A stretch of 64,000 nucleotides of DNA from Methanobacteriota archaeon (GTDB lineage Archaea > Thermoplasmatota > E2 > DHVEG-1): NCBI GenBank assembly GCA_963769885.1, contig CAVYNH010000004.1, positions 32,001 through 96,000 on the forward strand. Reading direction: 5' to 3'. The position numbers and the translations under genes were made by a program. Each line of letters opens with the position of its first letter. Within the stretch, counting starts at the first letter, position 1. A model generated the notes under the pieces. It saw nothing but the letters and a program-made list of their open reading frames with translations, was not told the origin of the DNA and ran no database searches. Of the stretch, positions 39,629 through 50,422 are shown one piece after another.

Positions 39629-42600
39629 ATTTGACCACGGTGAACTGCCAGGAGGCCTCAATCTTATTTTGATCGCTGTCAACCAAGATGTTACCATTGG
39701 GGTCACGGAACGCGGCATAGACACGGTACAACCCTTCGCCATTGGTAAGATCACAGGCCCGCACAAGGCCGTTGAAGATCTGGTCCAATGCAAGCTGCTG
39801 CCCCGGTTCAATCATCCTGGGGCTCGTCTCATTCACTGCATCATTGTCAAGGATCCATTCCTTGGATTGAGGATCATAGAACTGCACTTGAATCAACAGA
39901 TACCCGCTGAGATTCGTGGTGCCTGTGTTCTTGATTTTCGACTGGTTCTCATGGACGATAACAAGCCTTGGCGCGAAATCAGCTCCTTGTTCACTGTTGA
40001 AGAAGTCGACGTATTCATCCCCGGTCGGCGGTAGCGCAGCGATATCACGGCTGCTGCGCAGACAGAGCTTCGTCCAATGACTCAAATTAATCCATTCCTC
40101 GTTTTTGGTGTTGGTAAGCTCGATGTCGTTGTACCCTTCGACGAGATTAGCGGTATTCAACGTCCCAGTAATGTTGCTGTAATACGCTTTGTTATAATCT
40201 GTTGTATCAAGAGGATCTTTGGGATGATCCGGCTGCCCGCTCTGCACCTGGATATTGAAATCAGTGTCGGAACTATCGCCAGCATTATAGAGACTGAGTG
40301 TCACATTGTGTATGACCATGTTGCTGGGAAGCATCGAGGTATTGAAGTACAGGAATCCCCGGTAGATGTAATAGTCCGAGGAGAAAGTCTCCTGCCCGAT
40401 CTGGATGAATAAATTGGGGTCACATATCGGACCATTCGCTGTTGTCGCCTCCCATGCATCCTCATAATGGGCATCAAAACGGGGGAGATAACTAGCGCTA
40501 CTGCTAGAATCCACGGTCAACGTCGGATCAATGATCACCGGGAATTGTAGAGTCATCAGGTCAGAGTATTTACAGCCGGAGAGCAGGTACCATTCCCCTC
40601 CCATCCTGATGATGCGGTATTTCAATGGCAGGCGATGACTGGCGTTTTGCAGCTCATACGCATCATCAATGGGCATGGCGCATTTGAAAATCCCTGTAGC
40701 GTCTTTGAAGGACAGGCGCCCGTTCTCAATCGTGATGTTGCCGGTGATTTCACTGGAGGCGTTGTAGAGATGCAGTGTTAGAGGGTCGAGTTTGGTGATG
40801 AAGACGAGGTATGATGTCTGTGTATTCAGTCCATAGGATGATGGAGGATGAGCGAGTAGCATTGATTTCGCTGTGGTACCCAGTTGTATGTTTTCCTTCA
40901 GCATCGTTGATTGATAACGGTAGATGACATCCGTGCCGGTGAACGCGCCTGGGTAGATGACTGCGTTGTTCTGGAGTTGTCCCTGGCTACTTTGGATATT
41001 CTGAAGAATAACGTGGTTCCAGTTCTGGGAGGGATCAAGGTACCCGACTCCAAGAAGCTTCGTTCTCAGGATGTTCATTGTCGGATTCTGGGATTTGTTG
41101 TAGGCGAAGGCGACGGGCCAGGCGTTTTGGAGGTTGGGTTTGAAGTAGGCGTTGTAGAGTCCGTGGTCGTTGCCTGCTCGATATCCATAGTTGTACGCGA
41201 GATTATTGGATGTCAACAAAGTAATGTTCTGGTTGATCGGAGTCCAGGTATTGTTCTCGTTTTGATAATTGACTGGACCAGCGTATGCCTCAAGGACATC
41301 ATATCCTAAGGCGTTATCGTAATAGGTGTTCCAGGTGAGGCCGCGGCCGGTCAAGGTGTAGTTCTGTGGTGGGGATGGCGGATCTGTGAGTTCTATGTAT
41401 TCATCATTTGTGTAATGAGCTTTAAGGGTTGCGACATTTATGGATGCATGTGATGTTACATTAAAAGAATGGTCTATCGAATAATTACTGGAACCAATTT
41501 CGTCCATAGTCCAAATGGAATAGTTATATTTTCCCGAGGTCCAGCTATCGTTGAACAAATAGGAAAATGTATTGTTATTTATCTGGTTCATTGTTAGATT
41601 ATAAAAAGAATTATCAGGGTATTTGATCCTTATTTTTGTTATATTGATGGGTATTTCAAAGGATTCAATTCCCGTGGTAAGCGTAGTGTTGCCCCCAAAC
41701 CCGATAGGATTTGGAGAAGCAGAAATCATTTTGATTTCTGGTTTAGTTACGTAGCCACAGAAAATTGAATTCATCTCGTTTGGAAATTGATCCCAAACAA
41801 TGGTTGATGGGGGAACATCACTGTCATAGGTTTGGGCTTTTAACCTTCCGCAAGAAACAGTCGTACCGTCATAAGCCAAGTAGCAGGGCTGACCACTCCA
41901 ACAGACCAAAGAATAATCAGTGTTATTCCTTAGAGTGAGCGGTGTGGAAAAATTAAAAAGAACCCATGAGCCATTATCATTTGAAATCGTTTTTTCCTCT
42001 GTCATTCCTAATAATGTGTCATCGGAATTGTAAATCATGCATCTAACAGTCGATGATGTTCCAAGATCAGTTTTTATAAAAGCACACATATAATTAGCCG
42101 TTCCATTTGCGGTCATTGTAAAGGATGAGCCGGCTATTTGATTTTCAACGTTTTGGACATATCCTCCAACTTGCGGGCAGCCAACAATTTGATCGACTGG
42201 GGTAATAGTCAATGGTTCTGACCATTCGCTCATCACCCCGTATGCATCTTTAGCCCGCACTTTGACTGTAGGTTGATGAGTTCCCCATGAATAACGATGG
42301 GATTGTGAACAGGTGACTCCTGATGCTTCAGGGCCTACCCAGCCGCTGTTGGTCCCGTCACCCCAATCAAAAGTATAGAAGATATTATTATTATCCGGGT
42401 CGGTGGAAGTTGCATCGAACCAATATCTCTTGAGCCCAGTCGGCTCCGGAATTATATTAGATTGGGTTAACGTGGGTTTACAAGGTGGACTATTTGACGG
42501 AGGAATATAATATCCGGTGTGCTGGGGATCATGCTGGAACATTGGCCACTCAAGGGCAGCCGAATCAAAATCTCCACCTGGAGTCCAACAATATATTGCG

Positions 42601-45600
42601 TTATGAAATGATGAACTTATTATATCTACAAGTCCATCTCCATTAATATCAGTAATTAAGGAACCAGGTTGTTCAAAAACCAAAATCTGATAATCACGGA
42701 CGGGTTTCGGCCAATTTTCAAGTACTTCGTATGGTCCTTCTTGATTAACCTTAAAAAGTCGAACTTCCCATTGGGAACGCCCAATAATTTCTGGATAAGA
42801 ATCAGAATCGATGTTTGCAATGCAACAGTACGTCAAAACACCACTAGTATCCTCGATAGAAATATCTAAAGGAAAACCAGTTACTAAGGTTCCATTACCA
42901 TTGTACGCATATAAGTGGCGACTGGATTCTGCTTCCCGGTATAGGACAATTTCTGGTAAACCGTCTGAATCTATATCACCTAAACCAAAATTATTGCTAC
43001 CGCTATTTTCAATGGATTGAGGCCACCCTTCACTTACCAATCCGTCAGATTCAAACATCCATAAGTTGTCTTCTCCTGAGGGATTATTTTTACCATCTAT
43101 AACAATTTCCAAATTTCCATCGCCATCAAAATCAGCGACTGCAGGGGCACTATCCTGATAACTGAACCCTGCCTGATAAAGTAAATATGGCCATCCGTCA
43201 CGAATAGAACCGTCATGGTTGAAAACATATACATTAATATCTGGCCCAATCACAACTACCTCTAAATTCCCATCATTATCAAGATCAGCAATGGCGGGAT
43301 TTGATATAATATAATCACCAAAATTATTATTAATTATTTTAGGTGACCAACCTTCAACAGGTGTGCCGTCATAATTATAAGCAAAAATTCTTCCGCCTTG
43401 ACCAGTTGCCACAATTTCAAGATGACCATCACCATCCAAATCTACTAGTGAAGGAGAACAAAGAAAATTATAGTCATGTTTACTCCATAGTAAAGTGCCA
43501 TCATAGTGGAACACGTACAAATTGTACCAATCGGCTACTACAATCTCAGCCAAACCATCATCGTTTAAATCACCTATTGCAGCAGAATATTCTACTGGCC
43601 TTTCGGTTTCAAATGGCCAGTTTGGAACAATATTCCCATCAGAATCAATGACAAAAACTTGGCCTTTATATTGCAAATCATCGTAAGAGGACCAGGGTCC
43701 ATATGTACATACTACCGTCTCCTGCTTTCCATCGTGGTTAAAATCATAGGCATTAGGTGGTGCACTTATTGCTCCCGTGTCCAAATACGACGGCCAACCT
43801 TCTGTTAGTAAAGAATCGAAATACACTACAGCATAATCAAATACTACTTCTTGATTACAAGAGTTAACAACTAATTTAATTGTATAAAAACCATCATTTT
43901 GAAGATTACTCGCATCCCAAACCGCCAATAGACCATCATTTACAGGAGTTGAGGATGCATCTATTAAATTCCAATCATTTGGATAAATACCTTCCCCATA
44001 ATAAACTTCATAGGATTGAAAACTATCAGTATACGATATTGCAGTACCCCGTATATCAAATGTATGGGGGCCAATAAAGGTTTCATCAAGATATGAATTT
44101 AATTTTGCGATTAAATGGGGGTTTAAAGTGAGGGCATTATAGGCATTAATTCGCCCTGTTCCAATATAATAATCAGTATTTATAGAATCGACGGATGAAT
44201 GAAGAATAGTCCTTATTTCGTCGGTAGAAAGAGAATTATAAGAAAGCATGAGTCCAACCAATCCTGAAACAAACGGACAAGCAGCGGAGGTACCTGAAAA
44301 ATTATCATAATACATATCGTAGCCTAGATCATTCATATAGACATGGTAAGTTGGAAGTACTGTGAGAATATTCTCTCCAGGTGCAGCAATATCAGTCCAC
44401 GATCCATAGCCAGAAAATTCAGACCTCTCATCGACATTGTTTGTAGCAGCAACATTGATAACGTTGTCATACACTGCTGGGTAGGCTCTCATATCTCCGA
44501 CATAATTCCCCCGCGATGCAACGAGCACAACGCCATGAGATGAAGCATAGTCAAGAGCCTCTTTCAAAATAGTATCAGGACAAAGCGAACCCCAACTCAT
44601 GCTAATGATGGATGCACCATTATCTACCGCGTATTCTATGCCACTTACAATAGATGAAAGATAGCCGGTTCCATACTCGTCAAATGCTTTAATAGGCATA
44701 ATTTTACAATTCCAACTCACTCCTGCCATGTATTGAAGATTATTAGTCTTGGCAGCAGCAATACCTGAACAAGCCGTTCCGTGTCCGCAATCATCTAAAG
44801 GATCATTATCATAATTAACAAAATCCCATCCTATAACATCATCAATGTAGCCGTTATTATCGTCATCTATACCATTGCCTGGAACTTCGTTTATATTGTT
44901 CCAAATTTTATTATTCAAATCTGGATGACTGTAATCTATCCCAGTATCCAATACCGCGATAACCACATCTGGATTTCCCTGCTCTATATCCCAAGCTTGA
45001 GTAGCGTCAATGTCATGATCATTACTCTGTTCAAGTGCCCATTGATTATCAAAAAAAGGATCATTTGGTTTTACGTATACTTGATAACAGTTGTCGAAAT
45101 TAACATATTCGATATTGGGATCTTGTTTGTATTTAAAAACACATTCACAAACATCAATTGTTTTTTGGAATTTAAATACATAAGTGTTTGAGTGCTCTGA
45201 AGTATCCTTTTCATCAAATATTTTTTCGATTTTTTCTATATTGTATTTTGCATTCAATTGATCTATATATGGCAATCCAGTTAAAACAGATTTATTATCA
45301 TTATGAATGTTTACTATTGCATTTTTTTTAAATTTAATAATGATACTAGTGTGAGAAAAGTTATTTTTAAAATTTTCATTTAATTTGGCTAATTTTGCGG
45401 ATGTAAATTGATCAGTACCATTGAATAAAATATCTATATTCTCTTGTTCTCCCTTGTAGTCGTAAATATTTTTATTGTTAAAATTTTTCTTTAAAGTTTC
45501 GTTAACATCTGTAGATAGCATTGATTTTGGGGATTCATTCGTGTGTGATAACATATGAGTATTTCCAGGTAAAACAAAAATACCGACAATCATTAATATA

Positions 45601-45641
45601 ATAGCCAATCTCCAGCATCGTTTTAATAAAATAATTTTCAT
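39627..45641 (-). CDS. Secreted S8 (subtilisin-like) peptidase with FG-GAP/VCBS repeats, PKD and a C-terminal DNRLRE-like module
   Basis: Signal peptide, triad VLDTG/HGTACSG/GTSAACP, repeated D-x-D-G-D-G-x-x-E-I-V, FDWGDG, FPVIIDPT...RGFLYFN..TLSLY. Confidence 0.92.
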   Translation of the reverse strand: MKIILLKRCWRLAIILMIVGIFVLPGNTHMLSHTNESPKSMLSTDVNETLKKNFNNKNIYDYKGEQENIDILFNGTDQFTSAKLAKLNENFKNNFSHTSIIIKFKKNAIVNIHNDNKSVLTGLPYIDQLNAKYNIEKIEKIFDEKDTSEHSNTYVFKFQKTIDVCECVFKYKQDPNIEYVNFDNCYQVYVKPNDPFFDNQWALEQSNDHDIDATQAWDIEQGNPDVVIAVLDTGIDYSHPDLNNKIWNNINEVPGNGIDDDNNGYIDDVIGWDFVNYDNDPLDDCGHGTACSGIAAAKTNNLQYMAGVSWNCKIMPIKAFDEYGTGYLSSIVSGIEYAVDNGASIISMSWGSLCPDTILKEALDYASSHGVVLVASRGNYVGDMRAYPAVYDNVINVAATNNVDERSEFSGYGSWTDIAAPGENILTVLPTYHVYMNDLGYDMYYDNFSGTSAACPFVSGLVGLMLSYNSLSTDEIRTILHSSVDSINTDYYIGTGRINAYNALTLNPHLIAKLNSYLDETFIGPHTFDIRGTAISYTDSFQSYEVYYGEGIYPNDWNLIDASSTPVNDGLLAVWDASNLQNDGFYTIKLVVNSCNQEVVFDYAVVYFDSLLTEGWPSYLDTGAISAPPNAYDFNHDGKQETVVCTYGPWSSYDDLQYKGQVFVIDSDGNIVPNWPFETERPVEYSAAIGDLNDDGLAEIVVADWYNLYVFHYDGTLLWSKHDYNFLCSPSLVDLDGDGHLEIVATGQGGRIFAYNYDGTPVEGWSPKIINNNFGDYIISNPAIADLDNDGNLEVVVIGPDINVYVFNHDGSIRDGWPYLLYQAGFSYQDSAPAVADFDGDGNLEIVIDGKNNPSGEDNLWMFESDGLVSEGWPQSIENSGSNNFGLGDIDSDGLPEIVLYREAESSRHLYAYNGNGTLVTGFPLDISIEDTSGVLTYCCIANIDSDSYPEIIGRSQWEVRLFKVNQEGPYEVLENWPKPVRDYQILVFEQPGSLITDINGDGLVDIISSSFHNAIYCWTPGGDFDSAALEWPMFQHDPQHTGYYIPPSNSPPCKPTLTQSNIIPEPTGLKRYWFDATSTDPDNNNIFYTFDWGDGTNSGWVGPEASGVTCSQSHRYSWGTHQPTVKVRAKDAYGVMSEWSEPLTITPVDQIVGCPQVGGYVQNVENQIAGSSFTMTANGTANYMCAFIKTDLGTSSTVRCMIYNSDDTLLGMTEEKTISNDNGSWVLFNFSTPLTLRNNTDYSLVCWSGQPCYLAYDGTTVSCGRLKAQTYDSDVPPSTIVWDQFPNEMNSIFCGYVTKPEIKMISASPNPIGFGGNTTLTTGIESFEIPINITKIRIKYPDNSFYNLTMNQINNNTFSYLFNDSWTSGKYNYSIWTMDEIGSSNYSIDHSFNVTSHASINVATLKAHYTNDEYIELTDPPSPPQNYTLTGRGLTWNTYYDNALGYDVLEAYAGPVNYQNENNTWTPINQNITLLTSNNLAYNYGYRAGNDHGLYNAYFKPNLQNAWPVAFAYNKSQNPTMNILRTKLLGVGYLDPSQNWNHVILQNIQSSQGQLQNNAVIYPGAFTGTDVIYRYQSTMLKENIQLGTTAKSMLLAHPPSSYGLNTQTSYLVFITKLDPLTLHLYNASSEITGNITIENGRLSFKDATGIFKCAMPIDDAYELQNASHRLPLKYRIIRMGGEWYLLSGCKYSDLMTLQFPVIIDPTLTVDSSSSASYLPRFDAHYEDAWEATTANGPICDPNLFIQIGQETFSSDYYIYRGFLYFNTSMLPSNMVIHNVTLSLYNAGDSSDTDFNIQVQSGQPDHPKDPLDTTDYNKAYYSNITGTLNTANLVEGYNDIELTNTKNEEWINLSHWTKLCLRSSRDIAALPPTGDEYVDFFNSEQGADFAPRLVIVHENQSKIKNTGTTNLSGYLLIQVQFYDPQSKEWILDNDAVNETSPRMIEPGQQLALDQIFNGLVRACDLTNGEGLYRVYAAFRDPNGNILVDSDQNKIEASWQFTVVK

Positions 45642-45709
45642 ATTAATACCTCCTCATAACTTACAAAAATAAATAAATTATTAATTAATAAATCTTTCGT
45701 AAATGTGTA

Positions 45710-46799
45710 TGTTGCCCGTACATTCGTTCCTCTTCCTGTTCAATGCATGCAATTTCATAAGGTGAGCCTGCAGAGCACTTCAATGTACTGATGGAGTCTT
45801 TTCTTCGATGCAAGCACCGAGCCGAACACTTTCTTGATGGCCGAGATGATGCCCTCGGTAACCAATCAATAGTAATATTCTTTCATGAACTCCTCAAATG
45901 GTCCTTTTAATGGCGGATGTTCCTCCTCCAGGATGAGTTCCCTGACTTTGGCGGTCGAGTTGTTCTTCATCTTGATGTATGGCGTCGCTTGGGAACCGTT
46001 CGACCTCGCTAGTCATTTCCCGGGAGAGGTATCCAGAGCCCGAACCTATGGTCGTGCTTCCAGCCTTTGGAGCTGAGGTCGACGAGGATCCTGCCGCTGT
46101 CTAGATCCACGGCGAAGTGGACCTTGATGAATTTCCGTTTCGCCTTCTTTTTTCCGTTCCGTACCTGAATCTCTTGCAGAAGACCGTTCGCGGTCTGGAT
46201 GGTCGCGGGATAGCGGTGATCATTGACGCCACCGGTCTGTCACTGAACCAGTACGGTCAGTGGATCGGCGAGGTAAGTAACGGGGATGTCCTTGATGTGG
46301 TCCTGCACGATGTTCGCATCAGGGACCGCTTCAAGCAACCACGAATTGTCCTCGCAAACCCACGCAAGAAAACTCTCCGTATCCAGATAGGAGAGGCAGA
46401 ACAGGTACTCGAACATCAGGAAGACCGCTATGTCCTTCGGGCGGACCGGAGGCCGGCCCATCGTACCCGACGGACGGACCGTGTACGGGTCCGGCTTTGC
46501 TTTGACCAGTTGTTTCACTCTAAGGATACACCGGGCGTACTTCCATTTCCTCTGCTCTTTGTATCCAACCCAGAATCCCTTGCGGTATTGCTTGTATTTG
46601 CGTCCGCTGTATTTGCTTTTTCTCCTGTTTTTCTTCATTTTCGCATCCCATCCTGCACCACACTTTTTCGGGATGGATGCTGTCCGACAGTATTAAAACA
46701 GTGAGCGGATTACCCTTAGGAAAGATGCCCATCCTCGCTTTCTTGTGATGGCAAAAACGATATGGGCTTTATCCCGATAAACTTAATTTACGGGCAACA
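45710..46799 (-). mobile_element. Decayed IS5-like (DDE) insertion sequence with 11-bp terminal inverted repeats
   Basis: TGTTGCCCGTA (45710-45720) and TACGGGCAACA (46789-46799). Transposase fragments GRPP, IIDATG (inverted), FIKVHFAVD, SGYLS and EGIISAIKKVFG, with stops and frameshifts. Confidence 0.82.
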
Positions 46800-46874
46800 C
46801 TTTGAACCAGGAAAAACAATAATAATCGAATGATTGTAAAAAACTAAGATTTTTGACCCCCAACTTTATTAAAA

Positions 46875-46902
46875 TATGTAAGAGATATTATGTAAGAGAT
46901 AT
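46875..46902. repeat. 14-bp tandem duplication TATGTAAGAGATAT, two copies
   Basis: Read directly from the sequence; lies between the two IS remnants. Confidence 0.7.
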
Positions 46903-46944
46903 GTATTAATATAAAGAATTGATAGATATTTGTAGCTCTAAGAA

Positions 46945-48235
46945 ATACATAACTCGTGTCTGAGCAAGTTTTTTAACTCATCAGCCATGTTTTATCCTTA
47001 CAACCGCCAAGTTGCAAGCACCGAAACGATCCGCTTATGATTTTCTAATCCCCGATTGGACCGGAAGGCGCCGATGATCTTGCGCATAACCACATGCTCG
47101 TGAATCGTTTGCTTGGCGACGTTGTCCGTCGGCTGCATCTCTGGATACAGCAAGCACGTATGCTAGCTGCTCGGTCCGTTCATTAGGTATTGCGCCTTCA
47201 CTCGCGCCTCAGGATTATCGATGTAGTTATCAACCAGGGATTTAAGTTCCCGGTCCCAGTGCATTTTTTGTTTGATGCGCTGGGACATCGGCGGGTCCTT
47301 GCCGACGAAGACTTTCAACTTCTTGAATCGTCGATGCAACTTTCGGGAGAACCTCTGTTCGTGGTCTGAGAGGGTCGCCAGCATCGACCTCTCGGTGGAG
47401 GTGTGCCCAGCAGCGCTTTACCGTGGGCAGCGCCTGGTAGCTGCGGTGGCCGTCGTTGACCAAGGTGCCGTTGACACCTCGGCGCCGAAGATTTCCTTAG
47501 CCCTTTCTGCTACGGGATGCTCTGATCATTATTAGGACACCCGTACTAATCGGTTAAAAAATCCGCAGCTAGTGGTTCCTCCTCGTGATTGGCACCCCGG
47601 TCCCGCCGGTATGCCGCCAGCGAGTGGTCCTAATCCTCAGTTGGAGACATTCGTATTCGGGAGCGCAGGTGCCCCCAACCCGTAGGGAGATGTTGTGGAC
47701 GTCTTTGGGACTAATCTGCAGCCCATATTGTTGGTGGAGGGCGTCCTGGATGCGTCGCAGGACGCCCCGTTGGTGGAACTTCATGAGGGTAATGGTGGTC
47801 ATGAGGTGGACGCAGAAGCTGCCTTGGTGTGGACAGTCCAGATGCGCAGCAGTGATTTCGATGCCGCACCCGAGGCAGTGACAGCAGTGAAGGTCGTCAC
47901 AGGCAACCTTGACGTGTGGTGGTGGGATGTCTTCGATGGTGCGGAATTCGATGCTGGTCGCGGCTTCTACCTCGGAGCCACATCGGGAGCAGCAAGGGTA
48001 ATGACGATGATTTCATTGGGGTCTGGTATGTCCCGGGTGGCACTGCGGTGGCCCGATAGGGCACCATGTCGCCCTGGCGTGCTGCCCTGCCAGCGTAGAT
48101 TTTAAATCGTTGTTGGGACAGTAGCGTATGAGCATTCTCCTACGCCTTTAGTCGTTGTTTGGGCTCTTTTATTCTCCGTTTTTTAAATGGAGCATATTCT
48201 GCCTGACTTTGTCAAGCTGGTTCTGCAGCCCATCC
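46945..48235 (-). pseudogene. IS66-family transposase remnant
   Basis: Fragments ENAHT, Cys-x2-Cys pairs, RCWAHLHRE and EHVVMRKIIGAFRS...LATW across several frames; boundaries approximate. Confidence 0.75.
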
Positions 48236-48418
48236 AACTAGTTCTATATCGATAAAAGGCTGCAAGGTTTTTTCAATCAAGAAAAGAGAAGGTCAACTAA
48301 ATAATACACAGATAAAATCTTATAATTATTATATAGTCTATTAAAGCCGATATTCCCTCTTTTGAATAACAAATTTAATATAGTAGTATGTCATTTCATA
48401 ATGGTAGAGAGGGAGAAA

Positions 48419-49195
48419 ATGAAAAATAAACCTTTGTATATATCCCTTGGAATCGTTTTTCTATTCATGAGTATTGTGATTTTACCTAGTATCTATGCAG
48501 ATAATACTACATCGATAACCGACAATCTGATTGTTGTAGTACAAACAGATAAATATAACTATGAAGTGGGCGAACCTATTGAAATTTCAATTTATGTTGA
48601 AAATCATGAAGAGACGGATATTACAGTTGTTTTTCCAACCACCCAAAAAGCAGATTTTCAAGTAAACAATTGCTATCTTTGGTCATTTGGTAAATTTTTT
48701 ACTACATTACCGACAACAGTAACAATACAACCTAAGGAAAAAGTACTACTATTAAATGATAGTTGGGAACAAGTTGATTTCGATGGAAATCAAGTTTCTC
48801 CTGGTTTATTTATTATTACCGGATGGATGGTTCAAACCCAACAATACCCTCCAATTATTTCTGAGCCAGTTACCATTAGAATTGGTTCAGAAATAAAAAT
48901 CGGGATTAATTACGGGCTCGGCGTCACAATATCCGCTGCCAATGTCGGAATGTTCAATCTAACCGATATTCGGGAAAATATATCAATCACGGGCGGCAAC
49001 CTTGGTTTTATTCACATATCAAGATTATATGAAGTTGATAATTTGAATATTAATCAATCATTTACAAAAACTTTTTATCCCTTTGGTATTGGTCCAATAA
49101 AAATTGATATTAAAGTTATTGCATCCAACGCTCCAGAATCAACTCTTAAAAAACAATTGTCTTTAATTTTCTTATTTGTGTATCCTGAAGAGTAA
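48419..49195 (+). CDS. Secreted protein with BsuPI (proteinase inhibitor-like) domain
   Basis: Signal peptide; TDKYNY..GEPI.I...VEN......V.FPT.QKADF...W...K.F...W.Q....G..V.PG pattern. Confidence 0.65.
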   Translation: MKNKPLYISLGIVFLFMSIVILPSIYADNTTSITDNLIVVVQTDKYNYEVGEPIEISIYVENHEETDITVVFPTTQKADFQVNNCYLWSFGKFFTTLPTTVTIQPKEKVLLLNDSWEQVDFDGNQVSPGLFIITGWMVQTQQYPPIISEPVTIRIGSEIKIGINYGLGVTISAANVGMFNLTDIRENISITGGNLGFIHISRLYEVDNLNINQSFTKTFYPFGIGPIKIDIKVIASNAPESTLKKQLSLIFLFVYPEE

Positions 49196-49551
49196 TCCTA
49201 TGGAATAATCAGTTACAGAACTTTTATACTTTTATATAAGGAGGCATGCAGTATATGCCTTACCTATTTACCATTCAAGCATCCGTCGTCTTTCTTTTTT
49301 CTTATGAGTGTTCATGGTGAGTCCAGGGTAGAGTAATTTCGGTTATTGGTCTTTACCGAAATTCAATGTTCATTTAAGCCATCACGCCCAGAGTCTCCAC
49401 TCCTTAACCATCGACAGGATTTATCCGCACCCAACAGAAGTTAAGTTCTGCTGACACAAAGCTGTTTTTCGGCCTCGAATAGAGAGATCCCGTAGGTATT
49501 CCTCATTTCTCAAGGAAAAATTATTATTCATGAAATGGTTATGAGAATAAT

Positions 49552-50277
49552 ATGTCTCAAAAAATATCTCCCATGACAGGATTACCGCGCATTCCCCCAC
49601 GGATACGACTCAAGGCAATATTACCACCTACTTTACCAAAAGATTCCGATGAAATTAATAAAATTATGAAGGAATTCCCGTTTAATGCATTTTTACTCTA
49701 TAGTGATATGGATATGGATATCACCGAGTTTGTCCGGTTGCAGGGAGGTCTTCTCCACGATTTGTCTGGTAAGGATTGTCTCATCCATGTCCTAGAAAAT
49801 CCCACGGAATGGGATAACAACTGGGAAAAATATTGGGAGGAAAAACTAGGAGACAAATATTCTGAAATATCGAAATATTGGCATACCTTGCAACCCTGTG
49901 AACGGAATAAAGCATTCGAGATCGCGAAGGAATTTGGCGTTAAACTTGATTCCCTTCCCTCCATTTTCTTATTTGTTGATTATCAGAGCCGGGAGGGGAT
50001 ATCAATCCCTATTGTAATCAGCAAGGATAATTATCTAAAATTTTTTGAAGGGCTCTTCCAGAAGATCCATGAAGTATGTGATAATGATTACCAAATTCGA
50101 CTCGGGGAATTTAGAAAGTCATACCGTAAATTTTGGCTTAAATGGGTATTGCCGGTGAAAGTGAAAAAAGGTCTTGAAGCCTTCAATGATTGGGGTTCAC
50201 TCATAGCTCAAACAGAAAAGACAATTAAAGACATCATGTCGCCTTTCAATTTGTTACCTGAATCGACCAATAAATAA
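49552..50277 (+). CDS. Hypothetical protein (possible thioredoxin-like fold)
   Basis: 241-aa ORF; IAKEFGVKLDSLPSIFLF resembles a thioredoxin cis-Pro loop, but there is no CxxC. Confidence 0.6.
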   Translation: MSQKISPMTGLPRIPPRIRLKAILPPTLPKDSDEINKIMKEFPFNAFLLYSDMDMDITEFVRLQGGLLHDLSGKDCLIHVLENPTEWDNNWEKYWEEKLGDKYSEISKYWHTLQPCERNKAFEIAKEFGVKLDSLPSIFLFVDYQSREGISIPIVISKDNYLKFFEGLFQKIHEVCDNDYQIRLGEFRKSYRKFWLKWVLPVKVKKGLEAFNDWGSLIAQTEKTIKDIMSPFNLLPESTNK

Positions 50278-50422
50278 GGTGCACAATTAAATCAGCACTT
50301 TCAAAGAAGGAATAGATGTTCTCTTGCCACATAGAAAAAACATAGATGAGAATAATAGTTATGATTGAATAAGGGAGGGTTCATTACACCAGTGGTCATA
50401 GAAGCAAACCAGCGGTAATAAT

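Noticed and set aside
42700-43750. Periodic sequence as a CRISPR or DNA repeat array
   Set aside because: Periodicity is at protein level (FG-GAP repeats). No identical 25-40 bp repeats with spacers were seen anywhere in the window.
46117-46704. 195-aa plus-strand ORF as a transposase gene
   Set aside because: Only the 31-codon inverted segment is transposase-like; the rest is antisense to the real minus-strand gene.
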